NCBI GenBank assembly: GCA_035548155.1
Contig: DASZUD010000100.1
Location: forward strand, 1 to 62,984
DNA from: Polyangia bacterium
GTDB lineage: Bacteria > Myxococcota_A > Polyangia > Fen-1088
Direction: 5' to 3'
DNA length: 62,984 bases
Shown in pieces: positions 56,240 to 62,984 of the stretch. Position 1 is the stretch's first letter; the number at the start of each line of letters is the position of its first letter. The notes beneath the pieces were generated by a model. It was not told where the DNA came from. It was given only the letters and a program-made list of their open reading frames with translations, and did not search any database. Made by a program: the position numbers and the translations under genes.

Positions 56240-57289
56240 TCAACGGTCGCAGCCGATTCGCTCGGTGCCGATCGCGACGTCGTCGATCCACCAGCTCGTC
56301 GGCGTCGGCACCGCTTGCCACGTCACGATGCCGAGCTCGATGACGGTGAAGTTGCGCACCTTGTCCCGAAACGGGGGCTTCGCGCCCGCGGGCTCGGAGT
56401 AAGTGAAGTGGGACGGCCAGGCGAGCTCCTGCCCGTCGAGCCACATCCTCGGCAGCGCCGCCTGCGTCGGGTCGGCGTCGTTCTTCCCGTCGAAGAACCA
56501 TTCGACGCAGGTCCACTGATCGAGCACGAGCTTGGTATCGGACACCTGCACGTCCTCGGGGAACCCGGGCGGCCACGGCGGGTGGAAGATGCTCATGTAG
56601 GCCTGCGTGTAGCTCGCGACCTCGTACCAGTCGAGCTGGTTCTCGGGCGCGTCGTCCGGCTGCCCGGGGCGCGGGTAGCGCGCGTTGAAGAAGCCCGCGT
56701 GCGCGTCGGGGCGCGCCGGCGTCGTGTACATCCGCAGCCGTCCCCACATCACGGGGCCGAAGTTCGCCGGCAGCACGTACTTCAGCGTGTGCTGAGGCCC
56801 GCCCACCAGATCCTTGGCGTGCAGCGAGTAGCCGTGGCCGCCGAACGGCTTCGTGGCGTCGACGAGCAACGTTCCCGTCGACGCGGGCGTCTCGCGCCAC
56901 ACCGTGAACCCTTGCGGGATCTTTCCGTCTTCGAAGTCCCAGCAGAGCGGCCGGCCGTTGCATCCCGGCGTGACCCCCGCGCCTGCGCTGCCGTCGCCCG
57001 CGCCGCCGCTGCCGGTCGTGCCGCCGGTGCCGGTCGTGCCGCCGGTGCCGCTCGTGCCCGCCGCGCCGGCCTCTCCGCCGTCGGGCGAGCCAGGACCATC
57101 GGTGCTCGCGTCCCCGCTGGCCGCGGTGCCGGCGGCGCCGGCCGATGAGCCGCTCGCGTCGACTCCGCCGGCGGCGCCCGCGCTCGGGGTGCCGGCCGAG
57201 CCCGCGGCGCCGCCGCGCGGCGCTGGCTTGGTGGAACAGCCCAACACGACGGGAATCGCCGCGAGCGCGACGGATCGCAGCATCGACAT
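56240..57289 (-). CDS. Lipoprotein with long G/A/T/S linker and a C-terminal jelly-roll (LamG/lectin-like) domain
   Basis: Start at MSMLRSVALAAIPVVLGC (lipobox), 349 aa. The C-terminal about 230 aa is a globular W/F/Y-rich domain. The fold assignment is a guess. Confidence 0.72.
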   Translation of the reverse strand: MSMLRSVALAAIPVVLGCSTKPAPRGGAAGSAGTPSAGAAGGVDASGSSAGAAGTAASGDASTDGPGSPDGGEAGAAGTSGTGGTTGTGGTTGSGGAGDGSAGAGVTPGCNGRPLCWDFEDGKIPQGFTVWRETPASTGTLLVDATKPFGGHGYSLHAKDLVGGPQHTLKYVLPANFGPVMWGRLRMYTTPARPDAHAGFFNARYPRPGQPDDAPENQLDWYEVASYTQAYMSIFHPPWPPGFPEDVQVSDTKLVLDQWTCVEWFFDGKNDADPTQAALPRMWLDGQELAWPSHFTYSEPAGAKPPFRDKVRNFTVIELGIVTWQAVPTPTSWWIDDVAIGTERIGCDR

Positions 57290-57381
57290 CCGACTCGACA
57301 CGGTGTGACCTCCTCTGGCCAAGTCACCGCCACGGTATCACAGCGCCCGCTCCCGCTTCATCTGCGACGGCGGTCGCAGGC

Positions 57382-57647
57382 GCGGCGATCGTCGCTGTCC
57401 GTGAGGCCCTACGCGCCGATGCCGCGCTGGGGCAGGCGGCCGAGGTTGTCGGCGACGGTTCTGCGTGAAGAAGACCATCCTTGGCGCGCTCAACCGGGGA
57501 TACAAGGTGCACGTCGTGCGCGAAGGGATCGCGACCCGTCACGGCACACCGCTCGAGCAGCACATCGCGGACTACGAAGCGGCCGGCGCGGTGATGACGT
57601 CGCTGGAGAGCGCCAAGGAGCAGCTCGCGGGGCGCCGCGCGCCCTGA
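57382..57647 (+). pseudogene. Remnant of an isochorismatase/cysteine-hydrolase family gene (3' fragment, frameshifted)
   Basis: FCVKKTILGALNRGYKVHVVREGIA matches the family's C-terminal catalytic-Cys strand (..CV..T...A...GY.V.VV.D..A). Possible upstream continuation (AVREALRADAALGQAAEVVGDG) is in another frame. Only about 120 codons are available before the neighbouring gene. Confidence 0.45.
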
Positions 57648-57667
57648 GGCCCACCTCGCGCCGTCGA

Positions 57668-57695
57668 GGCGGCCGGCGCGCTCAGCCGGCCTGCC
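57668..57695. terminator. Strong GC hairpin between convergent transcription units
   Basis: ggcggccggc / gccggcc(t)gcc forms 10 bp with one bulge and a 7-nt loop. It abuts the stop codon at 57696-57698. No U-tract. Confidence 0.5.
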
Positions 57696-58805
57696 TCACG
57701 GCGCCCAGGATGGGTTGCGGTTGTCGGCGCCGCTCGCGGCGACCACGCAAGGCGTGCTGCCCGCCTCGCGCGAGATCACGGCGATCGACCCGAGGTTCGT
57801 GCCCGGATCGACGCGCTCGTAGGCGAGGTACGTCTTCGTGCCCCAGGCGGGGCGCAGGGACATGAACGTCTCGTCGGCCGGCGTGACGCGGCGGCCGCCG
57901 CACGCCTCGGTGTTCGAGGAGAAGGGCGTCGTCCAGATCGACGAGACCGGGCCGCCCGAGAAGAAGCACCGCGCCTGGTATGCGACCTCGGTGCCGTCGG
58001 GGGAGACGGCCGGCTGCTTGATCTCCGTCGCCGTGTTCTGAACGATCATGCGCTGCTGCGAAGTACCGATCGTCGTCGCGTCGATCTCGTTGTTGCGGTC
58101 GTAGACGAGCTCCGACCCGTCGGCGCTGAACTGCGGCCACCAGAAGGCGTTGTAGTCGTCGAGCCCGGTGGCCACGAGGCGCTCGCCCCCTCCGTCGGCG
58201 CTCACGACGTAGACGGAGGCGCCGCTGTGGAACGCCACGAGCTTGCCGTCGCGCGAGAAGCTGGGCTCGTTCGCGCCCTCGCTGCGCGCCGTCAGCTTGG
58301 TGACCTTGCTCGTCGCGAGCTCGAGTACGAAGATCTGCGGCGCGCCCGCGCGATCGGAGGTGAAGGCCAGCCGCTCGCCGTCGGGCGAGAAGGCGGGCTC
58401 CTTGTCGGTGAACGCGTCGGAGAGGAGGGGCGTCACCTCCGACCCGTCGGCGCGCATCCGGTAGAGCTGCCGATGAAAGTTGGCGCGATCGGAGTCGAAG
58501 GCGATGACGCGTGTCCGGATCTCGGCGGGCAGGCTCGCGGCGCACGCCGCAGGTGGCGACGTCCCGGCCTGGCCGCCCGCTCCAGCGGCGCCGCTCGTCG
58601 TCGTGCCTGCGGCGCCAGCCGCGCCCGTCGTACCGGCCGCGCCGACGCCGGCCCCGGCCGCGCCCGTGTTCCCTCCGGTGGCCGTCCCCGTGCCGCCGGT
58701 CGGGACGGCATCCGCTGGCTCGAGGGGCGACTTTCCGCTGCAGGCCGCGAGCGCCAGCGACGACGCGAGGAGGAGCCGACGAGCTGGTGCATTCGATCGG
58801 TGCAT
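57696..58805 (-). CDS. Lipoprotein with TolB-like (PD40/WD40-like) beta-propeller
   Basis: Start at MHRSNAPARRLLLASSLALAAC. G/A/T linker. PD40-like repeats EPAFSPDGERLAFTSDR, EPSFSRDGKLVAFHS, WPQFSADGSELVYD, QPAVSPDGTEVAYQ. 369 aa. Confidence 0.85.
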   Translation of the reverse strand: MHRSNAPARRLLLASSLALAACSGKSPLEPADAVPTGGTGTATGGNTGAAGAGVGAAGTTGAAGAAGTTTSGAAGAGGQAGTSPPAACAASLPAEIRTRVIAFDSDRANFHRQLYRMRADGSEVTPLLSDAFTDKEPAFSPDGERLAFTSDRAGAPQIFVLELATSKVTKLTARSEGANEPSFSRDGKLVAFHSGASVYVVSADGGGERLVATGLDDYNAFWWPQFSADGSELVYDRNNEIDATTIGTSQQRMIVQNTATEIKQPAVSPDGTEVAYQARCFFSGGPVSSIWTTPFSSNTEACGGRRVTPADETFMSLRPAWGTKTYLAYERVDPGTNLGSIAVISREAGSTPCVVAASGADNRNPSWAP

Positions 58806-59089
58806 GGCACCGATGATAGCCTCAACCGTCAACGAGTCTCTGCGGCGGTGCCGACCCATCCCCGACGCGACCTCGGGCGGCGGTGACTGTCGGAGCCCCG
58901 CCGAGTACCTCTGGAGGCTCGCCGGCAAGGCGGGAGAGGTCACGCATCCCCGGTGAGGGCGGGTCGATCTGTCGCGACCCAGTCCGGTGGCGTGGGCTGT
59001 TCACGACGTCCTCGCTGGTATTTCGACACGGCGGTGCACTAGAGGAGCGCCTGAGGAAGCTGGGCGTGGACCTTCGAGCGACCTTGATC

Positions 59090-59810
59090 GCCGACCTCCT
59101 GGAACTGGCGTGGGGCTCCGTCACGCGCCCGACGACGTGGGAGACTACCTTCGCAGGCTCACGGATACCGTTCGCACCGAAAAGCAGACTCGACAGGTGA
59201 CGAAGATTCTGGCGTTGAGAGCCACTTCCTGAACCAGGTTCGTTCCGGGTTCTCCGACGAGTGGTGCTCTCGTCATCCGCGCCGTGCGCGCGCAGTGGCA
59301 TGGCATCGTGGGGGAGACGAAGACGGGGAACGTGAGGTCGGCGCCGCTCACGGTGGAACTGGCGGAGGCCCTCCAAGACCAGCGTCGGACCTCTGGCACC
59401 GAAGCAGGCTGGGTCTTCCACAAAGCTGAGGGTGGGCTGCTCCGCCCCGGCGCGTTTCGGCCCGCGTTCAAGCGGGCTCTGAAGGCGCTGGGATCACGAA
59501 GCGGGTCACCGTCCACGGCCGCCGGCGCACGTTCGACGACCTCAGCCGCCCGGTCGCGGGAGCGATCGTCACGCGCGCCAACGCGGGGCACGCGACGGAG
59601 GAGATGACCGAGCACTACAGCCACGTCGACCGCGCGGAGAAGCTGCGCGCGGCCGACCGGGTCGTTGAGCTCTCCGGTCTCCGCCCCACGGCGCCCGCGA
59701 ACGACGTCGGCGTCACCGCGCCTAACGCACCCGCACGTGGGGGATCAGGTGGGGACTCAACTCAATTGAGACCCGAGGAAGAGTTCCCGCGTCGTCTGGT
59801 TCGGCAGTGA
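59090..59810 (+). pseudogene. Decayed tyrosine recombinase (phage-type integrase): in-frame TGA, a 1-nt frameshift and an internal deletion
   Basis: Fragments: ...VGDYLRRLTDTVRTEKQTRQVTKILALR (SAM-like N-domain); TGA at 59230; GETKTGNVRSAPLTVELAEALQDQRR...WVFHK; shift near 59491 into ITKRVTVHGRRRTFDDL...GHATEEMTEHYSHVD (HxxR...H...Y box). Confidence 0.75.
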
Positions 59811-59856
59811 TAGCGGGGGCTTGGAGCGGGAACAGGGCGCCAGGGCGGTGGCCTGT

Positions 59857-59884
59857 GGTAACTTTGTGGGTACAGGAAGGTAAC
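59857..59884 (+). promoter_or_regulatory. Three GGTAMC hexamers at about one-helical-turn spacing overlapping the antitoxin RBS (candidate operator)
   Basis: ggtaac at 59857, ggtaca at 59869, ggtaac at 59879. GGAAGG SD at 59875-59880. ATG at 59889. Confidence 0.3.
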
Positions 59885-59888
59885 CGCC

Positions 59889-60104
59889 ATGGTCAAGAGT
59901 CTGAAGCAGATCGGGAACAGCTACGGCGTCATCATCGAGAAGCCGATCCTCGAGCTTCTCAACATCACGCCCGAGACACCGCTCGAGATCTCGACCGACG
60001 GCCAGAGCCTCAACATCCGACCGCTGCACAAGCGCACGCTGTCGGAGGCTAAGGCCCACATCAGGAAGAACCTCGGGAAGGCGATGGAGAAGCTCGCGAA
60101 GTGA
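59889..60104 (+). CDS. AbrB/MazE/SpoVT-type antitoxin
   Basis: 71 aa. KQIGNSYGVIIEKPILELLNITPETPLEISTDGQSLNIRP is a SpoVT-AbrB swapped-hairpin motif. The stop overlaps the next start (GTGA). Confidence 0.85.
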   Translation: MVKSLKQIGNSYGVIIEKPILELLNITPETPLEISTDGQSLNIRPLHKRTLSEAKAHIRKNLGKAMEKLAK

Positions 60105-60522
60105 CGGATGCCGAGCCCACCTTCACGTTCCTCTCGGTCGAGCACGTGCTCTCGCTGCACGAGGACGCCATCGACGCGTGGGGCGTGGGACGCATGGTAT
60201 CCGTGACCGCGGGCTACTTGAGTCGGCGGTCGGCGCGGCCATGAACGTGGCTCTCTATGACGCCGCCGCCGACGTCTACGATGTCGCGGCGGCGTATGCG
60301 TATCACGTCGCGCAGAACCAACCCTTTCTCGATGGCAACAAGCGCGCTGGCCTCGGGGCCGCGGCCGCGTTCCTCTTCGTGAATGGTATCGACCTCGTCG
60401 ATCGCGACGAGGACGGCGAGAGCGTGCTCGCGAAGGCGCTGATCGATGTCGCCGAGAAGCGGTGGTCTGAGCCGCGCCGCGCGCTCGCTCAGGTTCTGCG
60501 TCGCCTTTCAGAACAGCGATGA
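60101..60522 (+). pseudogene. Doc/Fic-family toxin gene, frameshifted and with the catalytic His replaced by Gln
   Basis: Frame A (60101-60244): TFTFLSVEHVLSLHEDAIDAWG.. Frame B (from 60178): ..THGIRDRGLLESAVGAAMN...VAQNQPFLDGNKRAGLGAAAAFLFVNG. The Doc motif HxFxD(A/G)NKR reads QPFLDGNKR here. Confidence 0.75.
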
Positions 60523-61862
60523 AACGTTCAGGCCCGTCACTGATGCCGTCGCCGGTCGACTTCAAGATCGTGCGAAATATTGCTGCGGTGCCTCTCTTGT
60601 CGATTGTGGTGTTGAGCGTCGGGGCGTGCGGATCACGCTCCCTCTTGGCGGGCAGCAAGGCCGACGCCGCGCCCTCGATCGACAGCATGCCAACCACAGG
60701 CGGCCCTGACGGGGCCATATGGGTAGGTGGCGCCGTCGATGCCGGCCCCGATTCGGGGCCAGTATTTTCGATTTCATGCAGCGACGCCGCGACGCCGCGC
60801 GTTCTGGCGACGGCGACGATCTGTACGAGGTTCACGCGTGACCCGCTGTTCGACAACATCGCCGCATCCGATTCCGCCGGCGAGGGCGTCGTGGGGGTGG
60901 CCGGCACGGGCGCCCCTGACCTCTACGTGGCGCTCCAGAACGACTTCGAGGGCAAGGTCGCGCGCTGGGACGGCTTCGGGTGGACGATGGAGAAGTTGCC
61001 GCAGGACCCGTTCTCGATCTCGACTATCGCCATCGATACGGCGGGTGAGCCGTGGGCGGTCGTCGCGCTGCGAGGCAACAGCAAGTCCGGTGTCGGCGGA
61101 CCCTCGGGCTTAGTCCATCGACGGAATGGTGCCTGGATTCTCGAGCCCAACCCGTCTCCGGTGGTTCGTTCGATTTGGGGGACGACGAGCGGACTGTTCC
61201 TCATCGGCGTCGACTCGCCTACAGGTGTCGGGCGCACTTATTGGGGATGGCAGGATCCCGTGTGGCGGCCAATGCCGCTCACGCAGCCGGCGGCCAAGGG
61301 CACGTCGGGGTTCTGGGGCGCCGGTTGTGGTCAGGTTCTAGCCTTCGGGGCGGGCGGGACGGCAGACACGTCTTTCGCGGCGCTATTTCGTCCCGACATG
61401 TCGAGCTGGGCCTTAGTCTCCGCTCCGGTCCCTGGGCTGGCCGCAATCGAAGCGGTCAGCGGGACGAGCATCGACGATCTCTACGTGCTGGCGGTCAGCC
61501 GAAACGACAACGTCACCCGAAGCGTCATCCACGTGACGAACGACCTGCAGACGTGGACGCTCCTGGCGACGCCGCCGGTCGTCGACTACCAGACGATCCT
61601 CTGGTCGCCACGGCCGTCTGTCGCCGTTGCGCTCGGTTGTGAGTGGCTGGACAAGACACAAGCGCCGGCACGGGATTGCGCCCGGCTCACGACGTTCTTC
61701 GGCGACACGGTCTCGACGGCGTCCGTTCCGGGGGTGGAAGGGGCGCCGGTGGCTGTGTGGGGCGAGCCCGTCACAGGCACGCTGCACCTCTTCACGGCCG
61801 TGCCTGCGGCGAACGGAATCTTCCACGCTCAACACTACGTTGCGCCGGCCGAGTGTCCTTGA
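60519..61862 (+). CDS. Lipoprotein, unknown function (possible beta-propeller)
   Basis: 447 aa. The ATG overlaps the Doc stop (ATGA). Lipobox LSIVVLSVGAC. Trp/Gly-rich repeats. Confidence 0.75.
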   Translation: MKRSGPSLMPSPVDFKIVRNIAAVPLLSIVVLSVGACGSRSLLAGSKADAAPSIDSMPTTGGPDGAIWVGGAVDAGPDSGPVFSISCSDAATPRVLATATICTRFTRDPLFDNIAASDSAGEGVVGVAGTGAPDLYVALQNDFEGKVARWDGFGWTMEKLPQDPFSISTIAIDTAGEPWAVVALRGNSKSGVGGPSGLVHRRNGAWILEPNPSPVVRSIWGTTSGLFLIGVDSPTGVGRTYWGWQDPVWRPMPLTQPAAKGTSGFWGAGCGQVLAFGAGGTADTSFAALFRPDMSSWALVSAPVPGLAAIEAVSGTSIDDLYVLAVSRNDNVTRSVIHVTNDLQTWTLLATPPVVDYQTILWSPRPSVAVALGCEWLDKTQAPARDCARLTTFFGDTVSTASVPGVEGAPVAVWGEPVTGTLHLFTAVPAANGIFHAQHYVAPAECP

Positions 61863-62034
61863 CGCAGATCGCGGCGATTCTCTGCTTACGGGCGCGATCA
61901 CGCGAAGAGGAAGGGACGTAGGCGTTCGCTTGCGGTCATTCGCAAATTAGGGCCAGACGGCTCTTGATGGGCGGCGGGGCAGGTGCGCGGCCAAAAACGA
62001 CTCGAGCTGGCTGCGTCGCTGGCCCTCACCCTTT

Positions 62035-62059
62035 CCCTTCCCGACGAGGCGGGAGAGGG
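62035..62059 (-). terminator. Stem-loop just 3' of tRNA-Leu
   Basis: cccttcccg / cgggagaggg forms 9 bp with one bulge and a 6-nt loop, 18 nt downstream of the tRNA 3' end on the minus strand. Confidence 0.35.
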
Positions 62060-62076
62060 CGAAGTGATCTGGAGAG

Positions 62077-62160
62077 TGCGGTCGAAAAGACTTGAACTTT
62101 CACACCCTTGCGGGTACCAGAACCTGAATCTGGCGCGTCTACCAATTCCGCCACGACCGC
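62077..62160 (-). tRNA. tRNA-Leu (anticodon CAG), class II with long variable arm; CCA not encoded
   Basis: The reverse complement is GCGGTCGTGGCGGAATTGGTAGACGCGCCAGATTCAGGTTCTGGTACCCGCAAGGGTGTGAAAGTTCAAGTCTTTTCGACCGCA. Acceptor GCGGTCG/CGACCGC. Anticodon stem CCAGA/TCTGG with loop TTCAGGT. T-loop TTCAAGT. The D-arm is identical to E. coli tRNA-Leu(CAG). Confidence 0.95.
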
Positions 62161-62224
62161 GGCACGCGGGAGACTAGGAAACGCGGGGGGCCGAGTCAAG
62201 GGCGGCGAGCGCTCCTCTTCAGCG

Positions 62225-62749
62225 TCAATACTGGCCGGTGCTCAGGAAGTAGCCCGGCATGTACGTCGCCTCCAGGAACGAGCCGTTCCGGTACAGGAAG
62301 GCGTCCACGTCCCAGGTCGTCGCCGGCCTGAACGTGCGCGTGTCGAAGTTGACGTTCCAGTAGACGTTGCGGCCCTTGTGCGCCGAGAGCGACGTCGTGA
62401 GGAAGGCTTGCTCGAGCAGCGTGCCGTGCAGGTCGTTCTCGAGCTGGAAGTCGATCTCCATGGTCGCGCAGTCGACGTCGCTCGGGTTGCTGATGCGGTA
62501 GGCGAGCTGCTGCACGTAAGTCTGCTGCGGGTTCGACGACCTGAAGAAGATGCCCGTGTGCGACTCGCGCGAGACGTAGACGGACGCGCACCCGCTCGTG
62601 GTGAGCGCGCTCGTCGTCGCCGTGACCGGCTCGTCTGCGGACGCGCCGATGGACTCTTCCTGTCCCACCTCGAAGCCTGGCGCCTCGCCGCACCCCGCGC
62701 CTGCCAGCCATACCAGCGATACGAACGTCGTGATGGCCTTTCGGTTCAT
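62225..62749 (-). CDS. Lipoprotein, unknown function
   Basis: 174 aa. MNRKAITTFVSLVWLAGAGC (lipobox). Confidence 0.75.
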   Translation of the reverse strand: MNRKAITTFVSLVWLAGAGCGEAPGFEVGQEESIGASADEPVTATTSALTTSGCASVYVSRESHTGIFFRSSNPQQTYVQQLAYRISNPSDVDCATMEIDFQLENDLHGTLLEQAFLTTSLSAHKGRNVYWNVNFDTRTFRPATTWDVDAFLYRNGSFLEATYMPGYFLSTGQY

Positions 62750-62897
62750 CGCATCCTCCCCAGGGCCAACACGCGGCGCTCGGTTTTGGGCAGCCTTCCT
62801 CGGAAGCTGCCCCCCAGGCGCGGCATTGTGGCTCGATCGCGCAACGGCCGATGACCGTCCGTCGAGAACCCTCGCGAACCTTCAGAGGAGACTCGAC

Positions 62898-62984
62898 ATG
62901 AAGACCTACTCGATGGCAGTTCTGGCCTTGGTTGCGATCACCGTCGTTGGCTGCGGGGAAGGAGTCGATTCGCAAGCTCAAATG
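62898..62984 (+). CDS. Lipoprotein, 3' partial (runs off the window)
   Basis: SD agaggag upstream. MKTYSMAVLALVAITVVGCGEGVDSQAQM, with an open frame to the window end. Confidence 0.6.
   Translation, partial: MKTYSMAVLALVAITVVGCGEGVDSQAQM

Noticed and set aside
58966-58985. gcgggtcgatctgtcgcgaccc compared with the tRNA 3' end (tgcggtcgaaaag) as a left att candidate
   Set aside because: The identity is about 9 nt only. The segment is better described as a local inverted repeat (gggtcg / cgaccc).
59857-59880. Short similarity (aacttt...gggtacaggaa) to part of the tRNA-Leu gene (gaactttcacacccttgcgggtaccagaa at 62094-62124) as a possible distal att site
   Set aside because: Only two short blocks match, with a 9-nt gap, and the match does not include the tRNA 3' end. 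I interpret the hexamers as operator-like repeats instead.
60176-60189. 7-nt tandem duplication GCGTGGG GCGTGGG as the cause of the Doc frameshift
   Set aside because: Deleting one copy changes the frame by 1, whereas joining the two Doc halves requires -2 or +1 nt. Removal instead produces an early stop.
1-62984. CRISPR arrays, rRNA genes, IS elements with terminal inverted repeats
   Set aside because: No regularly spaced identical repeats, no rRNA-like conserved stretches and no transposase-like ORFs were seen on either strand.

Overview
This is a high-GC bacterial chromosomal segment. A hand count of a 100-nt sample at 24901-25000 gives 72 G+C. The protein style suggests a myxobacterium of the Polyangia type, but that is inference only. 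The supporting traits are many lipoproteins with a lipobox followed by Gly/Ala/Thr/Ser linkers, the eukaryote-like domains HYR, sortilin-type BNR, PA14, discoidin and YWTD, an ADYC-domain protein, and a eukaryote-type PGK. I support about 50 CDS, one tRNA-Leu(CAG), several decayed genes and a few hairpins and repeats. Recognisable housekeeping genes are pgk, tgt, map, mscL, an IHF/HU protein, an FKBP isomerase and an MnmC-type methyltransferase. They are interspersed with two giant surface proteins (>3199 aa and 1347 aa), glycoside hydrolases (GH128, GH57), haem proteins and many lipoproteins of unknown function. Five 4-nt start/stop overlaps mark tight operons: GTGA at 22482, ATGA at 32188, GTGA at 39523, GTGA at 60101 and ATGA at 60519. 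The main leads are: (1) a low-GC islet (about 25.76-28.7 kb) carrying a small 3-TM protein and a compact SIR2-like protein that keeps the NADase Asn/His motifs, with a ~45-nt imperfect direct repeat downstream of each of these two ORFs, which I read as a candidate uncharacterised defence module; (2) an LpxR/DUF2219-like outer-membrane protein translationally coupled to a signal-less S1-type serine protease; (3) a decayed integrative island next to tRNA-Leu, with a broken integrase and an AbrB-Doc module whose Doc gene is frameshifted and has the catalytic His replaced by Gln, ATGA-coupled to a 447-aa lipoprotein; (4) an FAD-dependent oxidoreductase split by one in-frame TAA. Many very long ORFs in the six-frame track are antisense or off-frame artefacts of the GC content and were rejected. 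No database search was possible, so all family names come from motif recognition by eye.
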